A stretch of DNA of 52,666 nt from a virus (taxonomy: Duplodnaviria; Caudoviricetes). The notes under the pieces were generated by a model, which did not search any database, was not told where the DNA came from, and saw only the letters and a program-made list of their open reading frames with translations. The stretch is from IMG/VR virus record IMGVR_UViG_3300007276_000066, positions 1-52,666 of that record, one strand, 5' to 3'. Below are positions 46,145 to 52,666 of the stretch, in pieces (position 1 is the first letter of the stretch; each line of letters opens with the position of its first letter). The translations under genes and the position numbers were made by a program.

Positions 46145-48173
46145 TTCTAACCCTTCGCCTCGGTCGTGATTTAATTGTTTGTCTGACGCCCTTAGTTATG
46201 ACGTTAGAGTTTGTGTCCATTTCAGCAGCCCATATTGGGGGCCGGAGCCAATCAATCTCATGTCCGCCTATGTGATGCCAGACTGCTCTGGCATAAGTAA
46301 ATAAGTCGAACGTCTCGTTGGCTTTACCTCTGATCTGATCCCATCCATCGGAACCCCTGACCTCGGCATTAAATAATTCTTCGTAATGAGCGTCTTTAAA
46401 ATCAGAGCTGAATGTGACAAATCCATTGCCATCCTCATCCCTTTGAAGGTCGTTATAGACCATATCTTTAAGGCGGTGAGTGTTCACCATTAGCACCGGA
46501 ACATCGCCCGTGCTTGAAACCTTAGACCCTGACCTTTTTGTAGAGTCAGGCATGGTCTTATTAACCAATGGGGCCGACTGTGACGCCTTAAACGTCTTAC
46601 TGTCTCCCTTAACTAGCCAAACCCTATCTTGAGCCTGAAAGCTAAGCTCCCTATACCAGTCTAGAGCCCTGTCATAAACCCCATCCTCACCGCCGCAATC
46701 GACGCATAATATGTGATTCATTAACTCTTGATCGCCGCCAAGCTTGAGTGTGCTTGTGGACAAATCGGTTAAAATATCCCAGTCTTCAATCATTGTGGAT
46801 GGATCTATTCGACCTCCACGCTTAGAGTCAACCAATGCAAATCTATCCATCGGCCAAGTTCTATTTCCTTTACCGAAACCAGTCCTTAAAACCTCGAACC
46901 TAGCCTTAGCGCCACCCTGTACATCAACCGATGTAATGATGACTCTAACTCCCTCAGGAACATGGAATTTAGGTGTGTCAATGGCTCTCTCCTTGTATTT
47001 CTCGAAGCCCTGAACCTCTGATCTTCTTGCCTGCTCGATATACGGGCTGGCAAACATCTGATTGCATGTATTTTGCAGCGATAATTCTAATCCGTTCAGC
47101 TCAAAGTCTTCCTTTGCGCGGATATATGTTAAGGCTAAATTTGACCAGCTATTAAAACTGGCAAACCAACCCGAAACCCAAAACGACGCTCTCTTGCTTT
47201 GACGGCCAAGACCGATTAGATTTCCACTACGGTCAATTCCCTGACCTTCCTTAACCCATGCTCCTGAGGCTCTGAATTCTCGCTCCTGACTTACCTCTAT
47301 CAGACCTCCACATAATACGCACTTAAGGCATACTTGGTCTGCACGTTCTTCCGGACTTCCATGCTCCGGAACCCATAACGAAAGATCTGGGTTTGGGTTC
47401 GGAATGAAGTAATCATCACAATGAGGGCATTGCCCATAAGCGATCCTTCGATCACCTGTATTGTACAGCCCGAGAATTCCACTTGTAGGTGGAGCCTCAT
47501 GACTCCCTTCCGATGCCACCCATTTAGGGTCTATAACTGGTCTTGCTGGTGTCGATTCGGCAATTACCATACCTTTCGACATAAAACTTTTCGGACGTTG
47601 AGCGGCCTGTTCAAATACGCCACCCTCCTTACCAATGTTGTCCTGATAACGGTCATAATCCGTCATGAGCATCAAAGGTACTGGCTTTCCCGCCAAAGCA
47701 TTCTTTGATGGGTGGGCGAATCTAATTATCGTCCCAGCCTTAGTCCACTTATCGTAGACGTTATCCTTGCCCTTGCCTGAAACCATGCAAGGCTGCAGCA
47801 TGGGCGAATCCTGTATCATTCTGTCGAATCTGGTGGCGGAGAAATCTCGCGCATCACCTTGACTCTTCTCGATGAGCATCATGTCTGTCGGATTATTTGC
47901 AATCCGGTCGGCCATGACATTTAAAACTAGAGATTGGGTTTTACCAATCTGAGCTGGAGCCACTAAAACTATCGAATCAAACTCTCTACTCCTTGAGAGA
48001 TTTGCAGGCTCACTCATTAGATGAGAAAGCTCTGGGTTAAACGGCCCAGCTATTGCTGCCGACTTAAGAACAACCTTATCAGCAGCGTTCTCAGACACCG
48101 ACATTTGAGCTGCCGGTCTTAGTATGTCTAGAGCTTCTGAAAAGACTTCAACCGATGAACCGAAATGTGTCAC
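46134..48173 (-). CDS. terL: terminase large subunit (lambda gpA family)
   Basis: PAQIGKT Walker A; ESTP; CPHC...CVLC; VDVQ nuclease motif; NETFD. Confidence 0.95.
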   Translation of the reverse strand: MTHFGSSVEVFSEALDILRPAAQMSVSENAADKVVLKSAAIAGPFNPELSHLMSEPANLSRSREFDSIVLVAPAQIGKTQSLVLNVMADRIANNPTDMMLIEKSQGDARDFSATRFDRMIQDSPMLQPCMVSGKGKDNVYDKWTKAGTIIRFAHPSKNALAGKPVPLMLMTDYDRYQDNIGKEGGVFEQAAQRPKSFMSKGMVIAESTPARPVIDPKWVASEGSHEAPPTSGILGLYNTGDRRIAYGQCPHCDDYFIPNPNPDLSLWVPEHGSPEERADQVCLKCVLCGGLIEVSQEREFRASGAWVKEGQGIDRSGNLIGLGRQSKRASFWVSGWFASFNSWSNLALTYIRAKEDFELNGLELSLQNTCNQMFASPYIEQARRSEVQGFEKYKERAIDTPKFHVPEGVRVIITSVDVQGGAKARFEVLRTGFGKGNRTWPMDRFALVDSKRGGRIDPSTMIEDWDILTDLSTSTLKLGGDQELMNHILCVDCGGEDGVYDRALDWYRELSFQAQDRVWLVKGDSKTFKASQSAPLVNKTMPDSTKRSGSKVSSTGDVPVLMVNTHRLKDMVYNDLQRDEDGNGFVTFSSDFKDAHYEELFNAEVRGSDGWDQIRGKANETFDLFTYARAVWHHIGGHEIDWLRPPIWAAEMDTNSNVITKGVRQTIKSRPRRRVRNGG

Positions 48174-48649
48174 TGGAATTCCCCTAACAGGTCAGCCATG
48201 AGATTCGATTTATGCTCAGCGATAATCCTTGTCATCGATTTGATTTGATCCGAAGCTAAGCCACACTCAAGCTCAATCCTGTCTGGGATAATATCTAGCC
48301 CAAGAGACAAACTCTTAAACGCAGTAGCGGCAGTCTCCCTAACTTCCTCTACAGGTATTAAACTTCTCTGAAGGGCCTCAACTTGAGCCTTTTTTAACTC
48401 CGCATCGTAGTGGTGTTTACGGTTTATCGGCTCCATACGTTCAGGATCACGCTCATCATCATCGCCTAACTCAACCTTGCCTCGGGTGATTAATAGCGGT
48501 GCAAGCGCGATAGCTGCAACAGCGATACTCCACTCATGGCGCTTACCGTTAATATGGCAAGGCTCATAAACTTCACTGATATATGTGTCAATTGAGCGAC
48601 GATCAACATCAAATTTGTTAGCCAGCCAGCTCTTGCTGTAAGTTTCCAT
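48170..48649 (-). CDS. terS: terminase small subunit (Nu1/DUF1441-like)
   Basis: N-terminal HTH; LIPVEEV and LDIIPDRIE; overlaps the terL start. Confidence 0.85.
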   Translation of the reverse strand: METYSKSWLANKFDVDRRSIDTYISEVYEPCHINGKRHEWSIAVAAIALAPLLITRGKVELGDDDERDPERMEPINRKHHYDAELKKAQVEALQRSLIPVEEVRETAATAFKSLSLGLDIIPDRIELECGLASDQIKSMTRIIAEHKSNLMADLLGEFQ

Positions 48650-48880
48650 TCCATTGTTTGACCGTTCAGCGCCGATTTATCCTTGCGCTCAACGTGTGCG
48701 CTTATTGCTATTCATCCTGAATTAGCTAACCATTTTCACTCATCGGGAAATATGGTCGAGCATCCTTGCTCTTAACAGCCAATCCTTTGGCTTACTGTGT
48801 TTGTTCTGAGTTGCGATACTAGCTCAGAGTCTAGATTCAATTCGCTCGGGATCGCCCAAGCTGGGTATCGCCACCCATTG
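48645..48880 (-). promoter_or_regulatory. structured terS leader with GGA-loop hairpins (CsrA/RsmA-type sites)
   Basis: GAGCAAGGATGCTC, ATTCAGGATGAAT, AGCCAAAGGATTGGCT, GCGCAAGGAT...GCGC, and two ATGGA at the start codon. Confidence 0.55.
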
Positions 48881-48898
48881 AATTATTAAATTCTCACG

Positions 48899-49114
48899 CT
48901 AGGTTCGCTTAAACTTATCCGGATATTCGCTCTCCAGACCCGCCCCTTCGACCTTAACCTTAACAACCTTATGGAACTCTACAGCCCCATCAGGCCGAGA
49001 GCGCCGATAAGACCCTCTCTCAGATATAACTTGCGCGTGTTCCAATGCGCTGTCCATTTCCGGCACAGAGTATTCGTAGTACCCGTGAGCGACATAAACC
49101 TTTATCTTGTACAA
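48899..49114 (-). CDS. hypothetical protein
   Basis: Start refined to TTG 49114 after an AGAGG ribosome-binding site. Confidence 0.6.
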   Translation of the reverse strand: MYKIKVYVAHGYYEYSVPEMDSALEHAQVISERGSYRRSRPDGAVEFHKVVKVKVEGAGLESEYPDKFKRT

Positions 49115-49382
49115 GGTCAAATGCCCTCTTTGCCAACAATGATTGTCCAGCCTTCTGAGCACGACCATTCTGCGGCGATTAGGTTAAAACCCTCAATTCC
49201 GTTGTTATCTGGTAAGCCTGTAGGGTCTTTCGTGATAATTCCTTCTTTACTCAAAACCAAGCCTCGTCATCCATCGACAACACCCAATTATCATCTGAGA
49301 TCAAACCGTTATCGTCATCAAGCATGAGTGCAAATCCCCATTTAAGTTAATTAAAGAATGCGTATTTATAGCATTACGCTGG

Positions 49383-49413
49383 GTAAGATATACTTACCTA
49401 GACGCCCTGTCAA
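49383..49413 (-). promoter_or_regulatory. promoter upstream of the packaging genes with perfect palindrome
   Basis: TTGACA-N17-TATCTT overlapped by GTAAGATATACTTAC (49383-49397). Confidence 0.75.
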
Positions 49414-49426
49414 GAACTTTGTGGAA

Positions 49427-49735
49427 TTAAGATACCTGCAGGCACTCGCGAATAAACATTCTCACTGACGGGGAGCCGGAGAATTCTTCACCACCCCCCA
49501 AAAATTCAATTTCGCCATCGACCCCATTACCATCAATAAGTTCGCCAACCATCGCATCCCACTGAGTCGTTCCGCCGTGAGTTACCCCGTAGCCGGATCT
49601 ATCCGCCTCATCGAGGAGTGATTCTCTAAGCTCTAAGGCTGTTTGGCATGACATTGGGTGACTCGCATTGTTTTTGTTGTTGGTTATTAAGTGAGTTAAT
49701 CTTACCCCACCTGTCCAAGGTCTATCTGCACACAA
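49427..49735 (-). CDS. hypothetical protein (start uncertain, perhaps the later MSCQ)
   Basis: Acidic C-terminal part looks coding; the 5' part contains an operator-like site (49691-49705). Confidence 0.5.
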   Translation of the reverse strand: MCADRPWTGGVRLTHLITNNKNNASHPMSCQTALELRESLLDEADRSGYGVTHGGTTQWDAMVGELIDGNGVDGEIEFLGGGEEFSGSPSVRMFIRECLQVS

Positions 49736-49754
49736 ATTGAAATCCTAGAGTTGC

Positions 49755-49910
49755 TGGGGTAAGGAGTTCTGTTTAGTTATCGTGGCATCCATTGGAGAGG
49801 GAATCAGTTGTAGTTGTAGCTGTAGCTGTAGCTGTAGTTGTAGCTGTTATACTTCCGAGGGTCTTGCAAGGGTCTACGAACCCCCTTCGAAGGGGCTTGC
49901 AAGGGGCTTC
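49755..49910. repeat. diverged second copy of the rep C-terminus/origin segment
   Basis: 49755-49865 aligns with 11451-11566 and includes seven G(C/T)TGT(A/T) hexamers. Confidence 0.9.
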
Positions 49911-50021
49911 CAAATAACCATTCCTTCTTTGCCAAATAGACCTATAAACCGACCTTGTTACACAGTTTGGGATTGTTTTGGCCCACACCTCTATTTGTAG
50001 GGTTGATGTTGGCCCCATCAC
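49773..50021 (-). pseudogene. rep-derived fragment ORF
   Basis: Shares KTLGS and the TA-repeat with Rep, then shifts frame; lacks the Rep N-terminal domain. Confidence 0.5.
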
Positions 50022-50272
50022 CCATAAGCCCCAAATCGACCAGCAATTAGCGACGCGATTCTATGTAATTCAGCATCACACCATCGCCGGATAATGTAGC
50101 TCCTAGCAAGGCTGATAGCTGTAAACCAAGCCACTAAAACCATGTCAGTTCCGAACGTAATGTGTATGTCGAACATGGGGAATAATATCAACTGGCTAAT
50201 TAAGGCAATCACCGATCCGATGATTACGTTTATGGCTGCCTCGATTAGAGATTCCACTTTTGACTGTTTCAT
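50018..50272 (-). CDS. conserved two-helix phage membrane protein
   Basis: QSK..SL.EA..NV.IG...FTAIS..RSYIIRRW pattern. Confidence 0.8.
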   Translation of the reverse strand: MKQSKVESLIEAAINVIIGSVIALISQLILFPMFDIHITFGTDMVLVAWFTAISLARSYIIRRWCDAELHRIASLIAGRFGAYG

Positions 50273-50469
50273 TTCGACCTCAGGCTGGCTAGGCTATTGC
50301 GTAACTTTTCCGCCCTGAGCATATTGTGAGACTCCATTAACTCACCCTCAAGATCCTCTATGCGCTGGGCCGCATCTAGGAATATTTCAGGAGACGTAAT
50401 CATGTGGGTTCGCTTACTCACTAGAGCTGCGTTACCCCTCAACCTTTCAACCAATGTGCTCATACTCAC
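50269..50469 (-). CDS. hypothetical protein
   Basis: LVERLR...AAQRIE.LE pattern; 4-bp overlaps. Confidence 0.65.
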   Translation of the reverse strand: MSMSTLVERLRGNAALVSKRTHMITSPEIFLDAAQRIEDLEGELMESHNMLRAEKLRNSLASLRSK

Positions 50470-50705
50470 TCTCCTCTCTTCCTTGCTGCTCTCACAACAG
50501 AATCTAAACTCACACCCCAGTTCTCAGATGCCCAGAGCTTATATCTGGTTCTTCCGGAACCTTTCGGACCTTTCACCCTTGGAGGCAGTCCGAGTAAAAA
50601 AGCATCAAGCATTTTCTCGCTTATCTTGCCATTCGGAGCCCTTCTCATCATTGGGTTTAGGATCATTTCGACCATATCTTTCATATTTACGACCGCCGGC
50701 TGCAT
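50466..50705 (-). CDS. hypothetical basic protein
   Basis: Fits the operon packing. Confidence 0.55.
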   Translation of the reverse strand: MQPAVVNMKDMVEMILNPMMRRAPNGKISEKMLDAFLLGLPPRVKGPKGSGRTRYKLWASENWGVSLDSVVRAARKRGE

Positions 50706-50869
50706 GGTGAACTCCAGCCAATATCAACAGCGAAGAAAAACATAGTTAGGGTAAGGGCTCTCATTTCATACTTCTTTGAGTGGGTCAGCGCGAACAAGTG
50801 TCGCTCAGACCATCCACCGGAAGTCCTAGTTATCACTCCAGTTATCTGAAACTCTTTTGAAATTACCAT
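50687..50869 (-). CDS. hypothetical protein
   Basis: ATG 50869 after AACGGTGAA ribosome-binding site. Confidence 0.5.
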   Translation of the reverse strand: MVISKEFQITGVITRTSGGWSERHLFALTHSKKYEMRALTLTMFFFAVDIGWSSPCSRRS

Positions 50870-50895
50870 TTTATTCACCGTTATTGTTTAGTTGA

Positions 50896-51043
50896 TTTAT
50901 TTGAAGTGTGGGCTGGTCGGTTAACTCCAGCTTTCTTCGATTAGTGCGTCCATCTAATCAACCGATACGGCATGACCGCTCTTATGCGTTCACTTAATGC
51001 CTCAGGCTTCTTCGATTCTCAGCACCGCCACACATCAAATAAA
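50896..51043 (-). ncRNA. structured RNA, C4/IsrK-like architecture
   Basis: 16-bp closing stem (one mismatch) enclosing several hairpins, the last being GCTGG-AGTTAACCGA-CCAGC. Confidence 0.55.
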
Positions 51044-51249
51044 ACTACTTTTAAAGTGGGGTGATCAATTTATAGGTTGATCACCCCTTAAAGATCCGGT
51101 TTCTCTGCCATACCGGAAGATGGATATTGCCCTTTCTGAATCTCTTACAATGCGCCTCATCAGGTAATGGCGCTAAACCTGTTAACTAGCCCATGATTGG
51201 CCACCCCTCGTTTTGGTTGTTAAGTGCAAGTCTGGTTCGTTCCAGAAAG

Positions 51250-51282
51250 GTAAGATTAACTTACCTGTTTGAGATAAGCAAG
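51250..51282 (-). promoter_or_regulatory. promoter with perfect palindrome over the -10 box
   Basis: TTGCTT-N17-TAATCT; GTAAGATTAACTTAC at 51250-51264. Confidence 0.7.
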
Positions 51283-51294
51283 GCTTTCTTTTGA

Positions 51295-51531
51295 TTAATT
51301 CACAATCACTTCAGATTCAGTCTCGATCCAAACCTTAGCCCCGCAAGACAGAGGTTTGTCTGGACTGTATACGACTGTGCTAGGGCCGAGTATCTCAACT
51401 GAGCTGCCGTAGGTGTTGTCCTTGTAACTCTTGACCGTGATGCAAGGCTCCATTACATGATGAGGGTCTTCGGCTCTGGCTTTAGCGTTACGGCGAATAA
51501 CGTGCTGGTTGATATGGATTCTAAGTTTCAT
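51295..51531 (-). CDS. conserved phage hypothetical protein
   Basis: IHINQHVIR...PCITVK...GPS.VVYSPDKPLSCGAKVWIET. Confidence 0.8.
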   Translation of the reverse strand: MKLRIHINQHVIRRNAKARAEDPHHVMEPCITVKSYKDNTYGSSVEILGPSTVVYSPDKPLSCGAKVWIETESEVIVN

Positions 51532-51958
51532 GTTTTAGTCCAGCCGTAGGGTACGGTATCGCGGAGGGATACGCGGCAACTCCATCAGGCAAATGTGCCT
51601 CATCAAAAGATTTGCCCGTCATAATTTGACGCAATAGCTCGTAAGGGTGATGCCCGTAATTTTGGTGATCGGACAGTTCTGAGTTTATAGTCTTGTCAAT
51701 CAAAGCAGACTTGCGATCAATCGACTCATCGAAAACAATAACGTCAATCAATCGACACCCTCCAGCCTCATCCTCATGCAGAACAAGCCACCCCACATCC
51801 ATGTCCTCGACGGCCTGACCCCATCCATCTGAATACCCAGCGTAATGCAGCAAGTGAGAGTCGCACCATTTGAAGGTATCAGACCAGACCTTGCCATCGT
51901 AATCCCAGACCAATACAAACTGACCGGTCTCTGGTAATTCCTTTCTGTACTTATTCAT
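51521..51958 (-). CDS. hypothetical protein
   Basis: Start refined to ATG 51958 (ATGA overlap). Confidence 0.65.
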   Translation of the reverse strand: MNKYRKELPETGQFVLVWDYDGKVWSDTFKWCDSHLLHYAGYSDGWGQAVEDMDVGWLVLHEDEAGGCRLIDVIVFDESIDRKSALIDKTINSELSDHQNYGHHPYELLRQIMTGKSFDEAHLPDGVAAYPSAIPYPTAGLKHET

Positions 51959-52167
51959 GCTTGCTCCAAACAGTCGTTGCAAAATGGCTCATCAAATTCA
52001 TCGAAGTTAATCTCGTCTGGGTCACACCACCAACCACAGGTTTCGCACCTCATGGTTATTGTTTCAATCGTGGTGATGTCCTCACAACTCAAATCCATTA
52101 AATCAAAATACTCACATGATCCAAGAAGGTCTTCGGCAATCTCTACTGCGCTTCGTTTGTCTGTCAT
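51955..52167 (-). CDS. small acidic Zn-finger protein
   Basis: CETCGWW...CNDC. Confidence 0.7.
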   Translation of the reverse strand: MTDKRSAVEIAEDLLGSCEYFDLMDLSCEDITTIETITMRCETCGWWCDPDEINFDEFDEPFCNDCLEQA

Positions 52168-52445
52168 TACGATTTCAACCCCTTGTACTTGCGAACAAGA
52201 TTGGCTCTGAGCCGGTTAGCGTTCGTTACACCTAAATAAGCTCGGTCGGTATGGATACCTCGTCTTACGGCCTCCAGATCCTCCTTGGTCTTTGCAGTAA
52301 TGATGTAATCCTGATAGTAATCAAAATTGACAGCTCGCTGCTGGCATCCGGTTCTGTTGTGTTGGGGGCCACGCTGAGCCATGACTTGATTGTGCGAGAC
52401 TCTTGGGATTGACCCGCGCTTAAGGTTTGCTTGATACGCTTCCAT
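52167..52445 (-). CDS. hypothetical protein (first gene after cos)
   Basis: 92-aa ORF with AAGGAAGG ribosome-binding site. Confidence 0.7.
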   Translation of the reverse strand: MEAYQANLKRGSIPRVSHNQVMAQRGPQHNRTGCQQRAVNFDYYQDYIITAKTKEDLEAVRRGIHTDRAYLGVTNANRLRANLVRKYKGLKS

Positions 52446-52546
52446 GACCTTCCTTGATTAGCTGATTGTTGGTTGTCAGATCCATTATGTGTATTCGATG
52501 ACAGCCCTTATGCACAATTAAACCAACTTGGAAAAGGCGGGGAAAA

Positions 52547-52619
52547 GTGGTGGAAAGCAAGGCGGCGCTTAGTTCCGTTTCAATTAAATCAACAGGTTAC
52601 ATAAGGCAACTGTGGTGGA
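52547..52619. other. cosB-like region: IHF site flanked by repeats
   Basis: AATCAACAGGTTA (52587-52599) matches WATCAANNNNTTR; GTGGTGGA at 52547-52554 and 52612-52619. Confidence 0.6.
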
Positions 52620-52653
52620 TCGCTATAGATTTGAAAATGTCAGGCAAACAGCG

Positions 52654-52666
52654 ATCAGTATGCGCC
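52654..52666. repeat. 13-bp terminal direct repeat (right copy)
   Basis: Identical to 1-13. Confidence 0.85.

Noticed and set aside
22821-47708. Many plus-strand and alternative-frame ORFs inside the structural genes
   Set aside because: They lie wholly within well-supported minus-strand genes and show no recognisable motifs.
11451-49865. Diversity-generating retroelement template/variable repeat pair
   Set aside because: No reverse transcriptase ORF was recognised, and the differences include indels and non-adenine changes.
51133-51163. Hammerhead ribozyme (CUGAUGA...GAAA on the minus strand)
   Set aside because: No stem II can form between the two core motifs, and CUGAUGA lies within a different hairpin.

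Overview
The window looks like one complete genome of a temperate siphovirus infecting a gammaproteobacterium, written mostly on the minus strand. The 13-bp terminal repeat (1-13 = 52654-52666) sits in a lambda-like cosQ/cosN/cosB arrangement, so it is probably a filled-in cohesive end. The genome has a lambda-type head module (TerS, gpA-type TerL, gpW, portal, S49 protease with nested scaffold, decoration protein, major capsid protein). The tail module has a G/GT -1 frameshift, a 1586-aa tape measure and a tip protein with beta-propeller-type repeats. The lysis module is split by an inserted fibre cassette. Other modules are replication (Rep, SF2 helicase, primase), recombination (candidate annealing protein, YqaJ exonuclease, SSB), NinB/NinG, a short XRE repressor, and a tyrosine integrase with a tRNA-Glu(TTC) attP. 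The most unusual content is non-coding: (i) a GTAAG-N5-CTTAC palindrome spread across the genome over promoters; (ii) a family of TTGACAGGTTGAA promoter cassettes; (iii) three LexA boxes bracketing an AT-rich terminal gene block; (iv) CsrA-type GGA hairpins upstream of terS; (v) a C4-like structured RNA; (vi) a second, diverged copy of the Rep C-terminus/origin segment. Accessory genes include a T5 A1-like metallophosphoesterase and a membrane-anchored nucleoside-hydrolase-like protein. All protein family calls come from motif recognition and synteny; no searches were run.
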